This document shows positions 37,977 through 61,443 of a DNA stretch of 64,000 nt, one piece after another (the first letter of the stretch is position 1; the number at the start of each line of letters is the position of its first letter). The stretch comes from Paraspadella gotoi. Lineage: Eukaryota > Animalia > Chaetognatha. The stretch covers positions 17,156,171 through 17,220,170 of the forward strand of contig CM119263.1 in assembly GCA_051294375.1 (NCBI GenBank). The letters run 5' to 3'. Position numbers and translations under genes: made by a program. The notes under the pieces are model-generated. The model ran no database searches. It was not told the DNA's origin and was given only the letters and a program-made list of their open reading frames with translations.

Positions 37977-40900
37977 TCAAGTTCGTCTCGCTTCTCGTTC
38001 AAACTTAGAAACGAATTCTTCCAAGACGCGGAAAATAATTTGGGCTTCGTTTTTGTCTCCTCCGGCGTAACCACGCCCACCGTCCGCGTCGTCACTGACG
38101 AGGTCCACACGGCGCCAGGCGCGCTGCAGCATCTCCTCTGCAGACGCGGCTGTCGCGTCCAAACGTATTCGGCGCTCGGAGGCGTGGCGGACGAAGAGGC
38201 TCATCACTTCTACATAGCGGTCGCCCTGTGAGAGGCGGGACGTATTAGGATTTATTTGAATTGCAAAAGTAAATAAGAATGTAGTACAATAAAATTGTAG
38301 GCGTTGGTCTGTTTATTATAAAATAATAAATGATTTAAATACCTGTTCTCGACGCTTGTCCTCAACAGCTCTAATATGGTCGGAAATCAAAGACAATCCG
38401 TCGCATAATTCCTTAATCGCAAAAAAAAAAAAAAAATTTTTCAAAGTGTGAATAACTATGGACAGCGCTGAGTAGCGAGTATCCCTACCTCTCTTTCTCG
38501 CGAGACAGACGAGAAAGATAACGAGGCGGCTGACGTCAAAGACGGCAACTCTTTTCTCAGATCTAAAGCCACGGGCACGTGTTCCTTTATGGCTCGTACG
38601 AGACGCTGAATAAAAGATAATGCGTGGCAATATTAAAAGATACCCAGAATCCCTAAATGTCTTTCTTGAACATCGGGATTATACAGTACCTGTAAATGGT
38701 TGTAATCCCCGATTGAATGTTGATCAAGTTTTTGTAAAATTCTAACCCGAGACACCGGACCTTGACACGAAACAAACGAAATCTTATTCTAAATCTGTCA
38801 TGACTAATATTTTTTTTTCTTGATACTTATTTTTAGCTTATTTTCATTAAAAAAAAAAAAAACCAACGAACCTTGGTCTCGGCTCAGCGTGCCCATGATT
38901 TGAATGACCTCGAAAATGGCGCCGAGCATCTCGCTCATGACGATCTCCTCGGCGGCAGCGGAAATGAGCGAAAAACTTTGCTCGGTTCTTTCTGCTTTTT
39001 GCCAAAATTGCGTTTTAAACATCAAATCGCGAACGCGAAGTTTGAGAAACGGAATCTGAAAATGGATCGTATCTTTGAATCAACCCGATCAAATCAATCA
39101 AATCAATCAGTCAAGGAATCATTCAAACCAATCAATTCAATTCATACGATTTGATCGGTAAATAAATCAAATCAACCAATTATTTCAATGAATCCATCAA
39201 TCAATTCTATATAAACCCTCTCCACGACCATCACCTTCTCGAGTCTGTTCATGACCGCAACGTCCTTCCCGAATCCCCTCCTCCTCCCCCAACCGTCTCC
39301 GTCTTCCGGCAACGCCCTTTCCACGTCCTCGGCGACATCCGGAGTCAGCGTGGAGTCGTCCATGTCTTTGACGGCCATCTCGAAGTTTTCCGCCTCTAGA
39401 CGATGTTTCCTCAAGACGGTCTCCAATCGACGTCCCCAATCGGTCGTCGATTGTCCTCCGGACGAAGCAGGAGAGTTGACGCGGCGCTGCAGCTCCGCCA
39501 TCAGACTGTCAAGGGGCTTTGCGACGGTCGAGGGCGGATCGGGTCGCGGACGGGAGGAGGAGTTTCTCGGCTGATTTGTAGGTGGCGGTGGTGGCGGAGG
39601 AGGAGGGGGCGGTGGTGGAGGAGGAGGAGGTGGGGTCGGAGGAACTCCTCCCGGTTGACGGACCTCGCGAATTCGTGCGCTTGGAGTTCCATGGCGTTGT
39701 GACGGAACCGGAAGCACAACGCGATGTTGCTGGCTATTGCTGGAATTTCTGCCGTTATTGTTGCTGCGAACATTGTCGTCGTTGTCTCGTTCGTCGGAGT
39801 TGATTCGCGGATTTAGTCCTGTGCTGCGGAGATTTCGAATTGCCTGCTGCACGAAGTTTTCCTCCGGTTCCATGGGTGAGTTTCTTTCCCGCGGTCGACT
39901 TACCCTGGGATCCCTTCCCCTTTCTTGAGTCTGTTCTCGCTCGAAAGGGTCAGGCAAACGAGAAATTCTCGAAGGAGGCGATTTCGTCGTCGTTAAGGGC
40001 GTCGTCGTTGTCGTCGTTGTCGTCACTGTAGCAGATGGATCAGGGATGAACTCTGACCAACTCTGACGCTCTATCTCCTCTTCCAAGACCTCAACCTCTT
40101 CATCATCCTCACTGTCGAAGAGAAAATCATCGAAATTAGTCACGTGAACATCCCACTCTTCCTCCTCCTCCTCATCTTCATCCATTTCGGTCCTGGGAGT
40201 CTCCACGGATTTCGACGACGAGATTTTCCCCAGCGCATCGTCCGCGCGCGTCGCCGGCCTCTCATCCGCCCCTTTTACTCTTTTAGAGCCGGGCGTCACA
40301 TCGACGAGCCGGTTGAGGACGGCCTCCGTCTCCATCCGCATCTTCCGATGCTCCAAAGCGGCGATCCGCCTCTCGCTCTCAACTGTCTCGTTCAACGAGG
40401 TCGCCGTCACTTCCTCCACTCGACGTCTCAACGTGTCGAGCTTTTGTCGCCTCAACGCCGTCTTCAATCGGTCCGTCGATCGGTGCTGGATGCTCTCCAG
40501 GATTTCGGCGTGCTTGTTCAGGCGTTCTCGCTCCATTTGGAGGATGAGTCGATAAACTGGGTTGATGCTGAGGCGATGGAGTTCCGTTTCGAGGTCGATG
40601 GGGTCGTCGTCGTCGTCTTTGTCAAGGAGCGCCTTTTTACTCTTCGATGTCTCTAATATTTTCTCTTTGTTTTTCGACTCGTGACTTTTTCGATCGGTGG
40701 ATCTCCCCGAACTCGATCCGTCCGTTGCCTTTCGATCTTTCCAACTCTTCGATCCCTGCGAACCCACGACCTCAGAAGATTCCTTCTTTTCCTTCTCCCT
40801 GTTCTTAATAAACTCTTGGTGCGAATAAGGCAATAACTGAAGGATCCTGGGCCAGAGGGTGCGCTTGGCGTCGGTGTCCAGCAGGTCGTCGATGCGGTCC

Positions 40901-41690
40901 GCGAAGGCGGCGACGTCTCGATCGTCGAAGTAAATCTCGAGGATCTTGCGCAGTTTGATTTGCTCTATTTTGGTCAAGTGATACTCGATCTTCTCTTTGA
41001 AAGTCCGCATTGGCCAAGATAAGATGTCCTCCCGGTTGAAGCGGTCCAAGGCTGAATTCTTCGAAAGCTCAGCTTCTGATTTGGATCCAGTCTTTCCTGA
41101 GGGGGTCTTGATGGAGGATCCGAGATCGCTAGATTTTTCCACGACCTGAATGGGGATGGGAAGTGGAAATGGAGTCGGCTGACAAAATTCAATTCAAACA
41201 AAAACAACGACAACAACCAAAAACTTGGCTTGGCTTGGCTTCCATTATTACAGAGCTCATTTTAAGAATTATACATTTGTCAAATTTGACCTCGTTTCCC
41301 TCATTCCAACCAACAAACACACCTTCTTCTTCCCAAATATCCCGTCGATTTTCGCCCACTCCTTTTCCGAGAAAAGCGCGCCTCCGCTCGGCAACCCAAA
41401 GGAGGAATCGAACCAATCTCCCCCAAAACCATCTCCGCTTCCTCCTCCGCCTCCCCCACGCGACACCAGCAGCGTCGGCGACGATCCCGAACCCTGCAGC
41501 AGCTTGACGACGTGCGTGTGCGACGCCTGTCGCACGTCGATCCCGTTGATTTTCAAGATGGCGTCGCCGACGGCGAGACCGGCGCGTACGGCAGCGCCGT
41601 CGACCTCGAGCTGCTCCACGCGCGTCGGGTTGGATCCTCGGATGACGAAGCCGAAACCTTCGTCGTCGTCGGTTTCGTTCACCCCGCTGA

Positions 41691-41736
<46 letters not shown>

Positions 41737-43198
41737 GCCGCCGCCAAATCGTTCGATGACGACGAGGCGTTCTGAATCATCGACGTTGTTGCGTCGTTGC
41801 GGTTGGCGTTGATGGTGTAGAGAGGTAGTACGGTTGAAGCTCCTGGAGGAAGGTCCGGCGAATCGAGTTGACGTTGTTGGGATCTGTAATGTTTAATGCT
41901 TTTAATTTCTTTTTTTAACAGTTTCTTGAGAATAAAGAAATTAGGGAAAATGTGGTCGGACCTTCCGCCCTGATTTCTCTTCCCTCTCTTCTTCGACCCA
42001 ATTGAGTTCTTCGTCGAATTGCGCCAAATGATGCTTGGGGATGAAGGGTCGGATGACTGAGATGACCTGTCGTTGCTTGGGGGTGGTCAACAGCAGGTTC
42101 AAGGATTGGGTCACCAGATGGACGTCCTGAAAATGGACCGATACTAATTATATAAAAAACTATACTGTTTATTAATGTTTATTACCTGCGATTCCGCGTA
42201 TCTCCTTAAAGTCCTCAGCACGGCGCGATGCTTGTCGGCGTCCTCACCAATCAGCCACCCGAGGCGCCGAAAGACCGCGACCGCGCCGTCAAAGCGGACG
42301 GCGGCGTTGGCGGTCGATTGCTTCGGCGGCTGATCCGGCCGCAATACCTCCAGCTGCAGCGGACCCAGCGGCCTTACCAGCAGCGTCTCCAGCATCTCGC
42401 TGCGGACGACGCGGCGTCCGTTAACGGAGAGGACGACGTCGCCGGGGCGGAGGCCGAGTTTGTAAGCTGGAGATCCTGGGAAGACGCGGACGACCTGATT
42501 GGGGGCGGAAGGCTTTGATGAAACGAGCCATTCTTAAGGACAGACAGACCGACAGATGTATTTGAGGCAAAACAAAGAACCTGAACTGGATTTGCTCCAA
42601 TGACGGTGAATCCGTAGCGCCATCTGCTCGATGGAGGAATCTCGACCTCCTGCACCCGCGACACCACTTTCATGCGTGGCGAATCGGGTGCCGACACCTG
42701 CGAAAAATGAGGGAATGTGATTCGCTGATGGCGGAGAAAATCCTTCGTAGTAAATATAAGATATGGAGACAAAAATGAATCGGAATACATAAGTAACTTT
42801 GCGTCTGTTTTGGCCCGTGTCATCTTCTTAAAATTTCTACAGTTCCTTTCCTTTTTATGTACATATGCTGTATATACAATTATATATATTTATCCCTTTT
42901 CCATCCCCTCTGTACCAGCTTCTCCAATCCGCCTTACCTCCATCCTCTTCCTCTTGGCCACCATCTCCCTCACGCCGTCGGCCGAGTATCCCGTCACGTC
43001 GACGTCATCTACGGCGATGAGTTGGTCCCCCGGCGCCACCACCTCTCGCGCCGGCGACCACGCCTCCACGCCCACCACGTAGCAAGGTCCGGCGCCCCAG
43101 ATAGAGACGCCGAGAGACTCGGGCCACGGCGGACGCGAGGAGCGATGGGCGGGGAGCACGAAGAGAGGATTGTGGGTGGCGCCATTGTGGCGAATCAT
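37977..43198 (-). CDS. GRID2IP: Delphilin/GRID2IP-like PDZ-formin, ~1340 aa, with degenerate FH2. Exons: 43198-42938, 42697-42581, 42494-42186, 42126-41962, 41883-41323, 41145-39217 (or -39235), 39055-38872, 38760-38690, 38605-38489, 38411-38343, 38225-37977
   Basis: The N-terminus WPESLGVSIWGAGPCYVVGV matches the Delphilin PDZ1 signature ([20 protein letters not shown]). It is followed by PDZ2 (YGFTVIGANPV), a harmonin-N-like domain (LLTTPKQRQVISVIRPFIPKHH), PDZ3 (GFGFVIRGSNPTRV), a second HN domain (FKEKIEYHL..LDTDAKRTLWPRILQLL), a poly-Pro FH1 at 39580-39642, and FH2-like helices ending IFRVLEEFVSKFER. All 10 introns are GT-AG with compatible phases. Confidence 0.88.
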
Positions 43199-43742
43199 GG
43201 CGTCGAAATGAAAGACTTGAATATTGATGCTGTTGCTGATATTCTCTCCTTAATTTTGTTGTCGTCGTGGTAAGTTAAATAACATAGATAATATCCATCA
43301 TACCGAGAGGGCAATCAACAAAATATAATCATAGATTTACGATTAAAACGTTGAATTTTATTTGTACTCGAATCTCAACCGACGCACCCAACAATGTTTT
43401 GGTCCGTGAGCAATAACAAAGAAAATTCTAAGACGATTCGATGAATCATGAGAAGAAGATGAACTTTAGTTGTTGAATCCGTTTCCCTAACATCGACAAC
43501 GACGGACGAAAGCTGGAACATTTCTTGTCTCAAGACGGAATCGGATGGAATCGAGTAGAGTTCTTTTAATTTCTTTTATGGGATCAAAACTCGTAACGAA
43601 AATCTCGAAATGCGAGTATTTTTCTTTTTAATTTTTCTTGCTCCTTAATGCCTGAAATTAAACTCGCAACATGCGATGGCATTGGTCGCTGAAGAATCAT
43701 GAATACGTTTTCTCTCTCTCTCTATTTCTGTCTGTCTGTCTG

Positions 43743-43743
<1 letters not shown>

Positions 43744-43818
<75 letters not shown>
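43744..43818. repeat. (CTTT)n microsatellite
   Basis: Seen directly. Confidence 0.95.
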
Positions 43819-44762
43819 TTTTCTTTATTTATTTATTTTTCTTTCTTTCGTTATTTTTATCTTTTTTTTTCTTTCTTTCTTTTTTTTCTTTTTTTTTTCT
43901 TCCTTTTTCTCTTTTTTTCTCTCTGTCTGTCTGCTTTACCTACCAAAATATAAAAAAAACCCTAACGGAAAGAAAAAAAAATCGAAACAACATAATTCGA
44001 ATACAAACAAAAGATCAAAAGGTTTTTTTTTTAGGCGCGACAGTTTGAGTTGGAGGAGAAGAGGAGGAGGAGTGAACGCAGAAAAGAGGGAGAGGAGGAG
44101 GAGAAAGAGGAGGAAGAGAAAAAGGAAAAAAAAAAAAGCTTACATCGGTGAGACGGAATTTATTGGATGGATCGCGCCTTCAATTTTACTTGGCGACATC
44201 CGCAAATCTTTTTAACTCGAAACACCTCCTTCACGACTCAGCGTTTCCTCCTCCCTCTTCCTCCTCCTCTTCATCCCACGTCGACTTTTCTTCCGCCTCC
44301 TCCAACGGCTCCTCATCCTCCTCTTCCTCCTCCTTTTCCTCTTCGTCTTCCTCCTCTTCCACCATTATATTTCTTTTTTGTTTTCCAAGACGGTAAAATG
44401 TTTTCATATAATAACTTGATATTTTTATATAGGGTATAGGTTCCCAACTGATGACCTTCCCATTGTATAAACATAATAGATAAAAAATATTCAGAAATAG
44501 AATAATTAAAAATTAGGATAAAGGAAAAAATTTATTTTCATTAAAGTATTTTAAAATTATATTCATGACATAAAGGTGCCCCTATAGACCTTTTCCCAGT
44601 ATGTATCCCTATCAGAACATACAATTCTACTTTGTAGTCTTATCCCTATTAGTTTTTTTTAAAAAATCATATATAACTTTGGTCCCCCATCACAAAATTA
44701 TCCATTCCCACCCCTCTCTGTTCAGCCTATTAGATATTATGATTTTTCATTAATGACTTTCT

Positions 44763-44868
44763 AACAGGAATGATGTGTGATATCTATTAGAAAACTAGGA
44801 CAGATTGTAATCTAACCTTGTGTTGTGTAGATGCTCCCTCTATTTCCAGAAGACAACACTGACTTCCC
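44763..44868 (+). repeat. Interspersed repeat fragment, copy 1 (~100 bp)
   Basis: aacaggaatgatgtgtgatatctattagaaaactaggacagattgtaatctaaccttgtgttgtgtagatgctcc is close to the reverse complement of ~55903-55998. Confidence 0.8.
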
Positions 44869-45530
44869 ATTCCCAAAATGAGTTATTAGATATAATGATA
44901 AGTAAAATATTTTTAAGAAAGCAATATATATATATTTAAAGAATATAGATTAAATGGTAAATCTTTCATAAAATATAAAAATAAAAAATAAAAAAATAGT
45001 GAAACAAGTAATTTGAAAATTTTCATAAAAGACAGACGAGGATATTTTAGACTTTATAGCCCAAAAAAAAGTAGATCCGTAACACCTCGGTCCTATTTCT
45101 CGGAAATGCGCGCGACGGTCGTCCAAAAGCACGCGCACGCCTTAGAAGCGCGTCTCGTCGGGTGTAAATCCATCACCGATTTTCTTTTTTTTGTCTCTCT
45201 GACTCTGTCGATCGCGAATCGGACGATTTCGCTTTCATCCTCCGTCGTTGTCGTCGTCGTCGTCGTCCTCATCGTCGTCGTCCTCCTTTTTTATATCCTT
45301 CCGCCGTCGGTTCGAAAGGAATCGAATTCCTTTTTCAAATCCTGTTTCTGGCTGTTGACTCCGAATCGGCTCAAGACTCCGAATCGCTCAGACCGAACGA
45401 AGAAAAAAAAAGTTCCATCTCTCCTTCGCCTCTGTAATAGGCCGTCTGATCCTTGGCGGGGAAAAAGATGGGGCAGACGAGAGTGGGGGAGAAATGAAGA
45501 GAGAGAGAGAGGAGAGAGAGAGAGAGGAAG

Positions 45531-45562
<32 letters not shown>

Positions 45563-46587
45563 AGAGAGAGGAGAGAGAGATTTATTGACTGAGGTAGCTT
45601 TTGCATTATTAATTAAGACAACTTTATGTATTAATCGTTGATTTTAAGAGTAGATTCATGGTTTAATAGATCAAATGTCTTAATTATCATGTCGATCCAG
45701 TCACGGATCGGTAGCAATATCATTAATGGCTACTATCATTATCAACTTCCATTTGCATTTCAATTTTACTTCTTCATCTCGCTGATACTTCGCTTCCACT
45801 CTCAACTTCTCTTTTCTTCGCTATTTCAATTCCAGCCTTCCAGTTCCCGCCGATTATGCCACGGATTTTTAATTGTATTTCTTGCGGGGGGAAAATATGC
45901 GCACAAACGATGGGAGAAGACAGAAAAGAAGAAGAGAGAGAAGAGACAGAGAAGAGAAGAGAGAGGAGAAGAGAGAAGAGGAAGAGAGAGAAGAGAGAGA
46001 GAGAGAGAGAGAAGACCTTCTCGTTTTGTACGGAAAACCGAAAAGAAATTTGAGAAAATCATTTTGCAGATTTTTTTTTTTTTGGTTTCGAAAACAGGAT
46101 GAAGAAAGAAGAAGAGAAGGAGGAGAGAATAGGAGGGAGAGCGAGAGGAGGTGAGAAGAAGAGGGAGGAGGAAACTTTAGCCTAAAAACGTGCGAATGAG
46201 AGACCGAAAGATATAAGAGATGGAGGGAGAGAGGGAGGAAAAAGAGCGAGGGGGAGGAGAAGCGAATGGATGAGGAGGATCCAAAATATGCAGAGAGAAA
46301 AATTGACTTTTTTTTTTGACGGTGGGGGGTCCAGGGGCTTTTAGGTCTCTGGAAAGTTTTGAGAAGAGGAAGAAAGGAGGAAGAAGACGAATGAAATTTA
46401 TGGAGGTAATGAGGAAAAATAGTTTATTTTTTTTTGGGGGGGTAGAAGAAAACGAGCGGGGGAGAAAAATACGGAGATAAATACCAAGTCAGCATTGGGA
46501 TTAAAAATTTATTTGTATTCATTATATTTTTTTTGGATCATGAATTCCTTAAATTCTGTTATTTATATATTTTTTTATTTATTTAAA

Positions 46588-46733
46588 TGCCAACAACAAT
46601 TTTTTTTATCAATAAAAAACGGACATGTTTCGACTGTTTGATTTTCGAGTCTTCGCAAAACGCTGATGAAGACTCAAAAACTAAAGAATCGAAACATGTC
46701 CATTTTTTATTTTTAAAGAAATTGTTGTTGGCA
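46588..46733. mobile_element. ~146 bp inverted repeat, probable Penelope-like element pLTR remnant
   Basis: Arms tgccaacaacaatt..ataaaaaacggacatgtttcga..gagtcttc / gaagactc..tcgaaacatgtccatttttta..aattgttgttggca; contains a hammerhead core. Confidence 0.65.
46657..46706 (+). ncRNA. Minimal type I hammerhead ribozyme (Penelope/retrozyme-type, palindromic stem III)
   Basis: aaaacg CTGATGA a GACTC-loop-GAATC GAAA CATGT C catttt: the catalytic core is complete with a GUC cleavage triplet at 46698-46700; one mismatch each in stems I and II. Confidence 0.7.
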
Positions 46734-47068
46734 ACAAATAAAAACTCTGTTTTCTCTTAATCTTAACGCTACGTAAGGAAGTCGAAACACAATGTATTTC
46801 TTCTTTAATTGTATTTATAAAATAAAAGTTGTTGTTTTATTTAAGTATATTAATATTTATAAATTCAGTTCTAATTTATTTATTAATATGTTTATTTGTA
46901 TTCATTTAGCTTTAGTCCTTGTCATCAAAAATGTTTGGCCCCAATACGCTATTTTAATAACGTGAGCATTGGAGACCAAAGGGCAACTGGATTAGACAAG
47001 AATTCGGCTCGGATCCGTCTCTCGCTCTCTCTCTCACCGGCTCTCTCTCTCTCTTTATTTTTTTCAAT

Positions 47069-47107
<39 letters not shown>

Positions 47108-47884
47108 GACCATCTTCAAAAGAAAAGACAAAACACTTTGAAAGCCGTCGTCATCCTTCTTAATCCCTTCTTGCTCTTCTTTGCTTCGTTCACTAAAACA
47201 AACTAATCTCTTTCGATTGTTGCAAGAAAATTGTTGCGGCGGAAAAGAAGAAAGTCAAGGAAAAAAAAGGAAAAGAAAAAGAGAAATCGAGAGGAAATCG
47301 CAAAGAAAAATAAAAAGATTTACAAAAGAGAAAGTAAACTGTAAAATAATAGAATAAATAGAATAAAGTTAATTAAATAAACCTTTACGGTAATAACAAA
47401 AGTAATTAATTAATTTATTAATTAATTTAAAAAAAAGCTCCACGCGTAAATAGTTACGTAAAAAAAGTTGAATCGAGGTTTTGTAATATTCTGCTATAAA
47501 GAAATACGTAGGCACATATCTTGGATGCCAACGGAAGTTTTTTTTTTATAAAACAATGGTTCTCTGTTATCACTAAAAAAATTAAAGGAAAGTATGAAAG
47601 AAAAAAAATATATTTTCATTGAGGCGTAACTTTTCGAGCGTAAGGTGCCGCCTTATCGAGACAAAGGGAGGCGCTACTCTTATCCCGCAATTTCCTTATA
47701 TTTTACTTTGAAAAAAAAAGAGTAAAAAGAGGAAAAGGCTTAAGAATAAACGGAAGGCGTCAAGTGCCAAGAAAAGAGACAACGAAAAGCAAACCTTTTA
47801 TTTGCTATTATTTTTGTTAAGACGAAAAATGAAGGACCACCAACCGAGTCTTCAAAAAGATGAGTCTGCTGCCATATTTTGCGA

Positions 47885-47972
47885 TGGAGCTGCGGAAAGT
47901 TGGTGCGGCGCTGCGGAAAGTTGGAGCGGCGCTGCGGAGCGTAGGAGCGGCGCTATGAAGATTTGAAGCGGT
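47885..47972. repeat. 21-bp tandem repeat (GGAGCGGCGCTGCGGAAAGTT-like), ~4 degenerating units
   Basis: Seen directly. Confidence 0.8.
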
Positions 47973-48317
47973 CATTTGGTATGCCTAAGATCTGTAGGTT
48001 ATCTCTTGTTATCTTTAATCTTGGTCGTGACTCATAACAATTAAACAAAAAGCGGGTGACGTTGATAATTTCGTTTTATATTAATTTATTATAAACAGAA
48101 TATATGTCAAAAAATCGGCGATTAAAATACGATGCAAGCAAATATCAAATGGGGAAAAATAACTATAGCGTGTACATTTTTAAGTGACACTAATTTAAGA
48201 TATCAAATCGGCTTTAAAAGATGCACATGGATTAAAATAATAATTTTTGATTACTAAAACTTTTGTCTTCGACATAACCCTGTTACCGCTCGTTAGGCAA
48301 ACATCGACACCCCGCAA

Positions 48318-58582
<10,265 letters not shown>

Positions 58583-59007
58583 CCTTCTTCTTTGTTGTTG
58601 TTGTTGTTTTTTTTTGTTGTGATGATTAACTTTTAGTTTTTGTTTCTTCGATGAATTTGCGACCAAATTTGATGCAATATAAAAGTGAGGGGGGGGAAAC
58701 GTCAAATAGCGCTTGAGAAATTGATTGATCTATTGAAGCTGGAATTTTATAATTTTTTGTAATAATGTTGTCGATGCCGTCAGCGATGACGGCGGCTGAG
58801 GAGGTGTAATCGTGACTGTGAATTCGGTAGATGCGTTGCGATCACTGAGGGAGAAAATAGATTCGAATGAAGAAAAATTCAATATTCACAAATGAATATA
58901 ACTTCCTTTGATAAAGTTGCTTAAATGATTTCACCCAACCCTTGACAGAAAATAACGCGAATTGATGGCTCGATTAGCTTTTTAATTTTCGCAAACGCTG
59001 AAATGAC

Positions 59008-59139
<132 letters not shown>

Positions 59140-59496
59140 CTTTACAGAAACAACGACGAGCCGGACGATGTCGACGACAAAGAAGAAAATCGAGAAGAGG
59201 AGGGTAAGAAGAGGAGGAGGAGGAGGAGGAGGAAAAGGAAGAAGACGACGATGACGCCGTCGTCATCCCGTCGGTTTTTCCGAGAGACAGAAATGAATGG
59301 AATTCGATTCCATCGCGATTCCATCTCGATTCCATCTCGATTCCTGCCTCAGTTTCATTTCCATTTCATTATCATACGTATTTTATTTATTTAATTTATT
59401 TCTGTTGAATCGGATAACTAATTCGACTTTTTAAAGCGAAGAAAGACAGAGAGAGAGAGAGCAGGGGGGCCGGAAATCAGGGAGCTTAGAAAGAGG

Positions 59497-59536
<40 letters not shown>

Positions 59537-60138
59537 ATACTCGGTTATCTTCGCTCCTTAAAAGCTTCACGCATTGCCACTGGTTTCGCTTTGAAAACAT
59601 TTTTATAGTGATGCCAAAACAGATAAAATTCACGAGAGAAAAGCTGGCAATCGAGATAATATTAGTGGTTAATGATTTTATATATTTGTATCTCTAAGCT
59701 ATGATCTCTCTGCTACTAATCGGTTGTGAAAAGTCAAAAAATATGTTTTTGAAATCCTGAACTTTTTATTTTTGTGAAACTCATAAAAATCTAAAACTCA
59801 GGGCTACAGTTTCTATCCCGCGCGTGCTTTTAAATACCGCTTGGCGGACTCCCTAATTAAAGCGCGAGAGCGAAAACTTTCCGAACCTCTCTCACCGCTG
59901 GAAACAAGATATTATTAAATTTATGATTTAACGACAAAAAAAGAGTATCGCTGTTGTTTACCGCTTCTCTAATTCGATTGTATTCGGTCTTCAGTTTCGA
60001 TATTCGGAAATGATTACTGTAGGTATTACTGTTATTTATGATATTGGAACAAGGACCGGAATTAAATTGGTCCTCTCGCGCGGAAAAAAAAGCGGAGGGA
60101 AAGTTGTACTCCATATTTAACAATATATTGTGGATTTT

Positions 60139-60206
<68 letters not shown>

Positions 60207-60877
60207 CCGGATATTGGGCGGATATTGTATCCCCTTTTCCAGCGGGAATACATTCCGCGTTTCATTTCTCCCTCGATTATACATCGGCGTCCATTCGCGA
60301 CTCTGATTACCGACTCTCGGCGATGGAATGGCGATGGAATTAGTCGAATGGAATCCTCGATTGATTCCTCTCCCCCCCCTTATTTTCGCCCGCCCTTTTT
60401 TTCCATTTCCATTCCATTTCCAGACTCGAACCGGTTCGGTGACCGAAGGCGGTGGAAATTGGATTTTCGATTTGGGAAAGAAATAAAGAAAAAAAAAGAG
60501 ACAGAAAGAAAGAGAGAGAGAACGATAAAAAAGAATTAATAACAAGAAATCGTATTAAAAAATCTACTAAATGACGAAAATAACTGGAATAGAAAAGAAA
60601 TAATTAGAAAAGTCTAAAATTGAAGAAAAGTGCAGGGAATGGAGGAGCAGAAGGAATGAAGCCAAAAATAGTTTTAAGCAACCAGTAAAAAAAACTTTCA
60701 GTGTGATTAGTTAAATACTTTTCAGAAAAACTGTCACGCTAAAGCAGATATCATAGCGATCAATTAATACTAATAGTGACTACATACGATTTTTCATTCA
60801 ATTTTGACGAATCAAATAATTGAATTAATCCTTTGCATTTCTTTTATATATACCTCTCTATTCTATTTCTTCCTCTT

Positions 60878-60926
<49 letters not shown>

Positions 60927-61068
60927 CTCTCTCTCTCTCTCTCTCTTCTTTTTTTTCACTCTCTCTCTCTTTTGTCTAGCTCCTTCCCATTTCCTTTCTC
61001 TCTCTTCAGTTTCTATCAAACGTCAATTGAGTGGAAACGATCGCGTTACAAATTGTGTCACGTCGCTT

Positions 61069-61117
<49 letters not shown>

Positions 61118-61345
61118 AAGAGAGCGCTCTAAAGAATGGCAAGAGAAGAAAAGAAAAACAGAAGAAAAAAAGGAGAAGAGAGTAAACAAACATAAAAAAA
61201 AGGCAAAAAAAATTATGAGACTCGGAGGAGGCAGCGCGAAACCATTTCCGAGTTAATTGACTCTGTTATTGAAACATCGATCGGCCAAGGCGATAACACA
61301 TTAAGGAGACCAAAGGGAGAGAGAAAGACGAGAGGAAATCCGATC

Positions 61346-61443
<98 letters not shown>

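Noticed and set aside
39172-41142. 656-aa ORF as a standalone gene, or a Delphilin lacking FH2 entirely
   Set aside because: It is internal exon 6; five further small exons downstream complete a degenerate FH2.
41225-41812. Plus-strand poly-Pro ORF
   Set aside because: It is the antisense shadow of the poly-Gly/PDZ3 exon.
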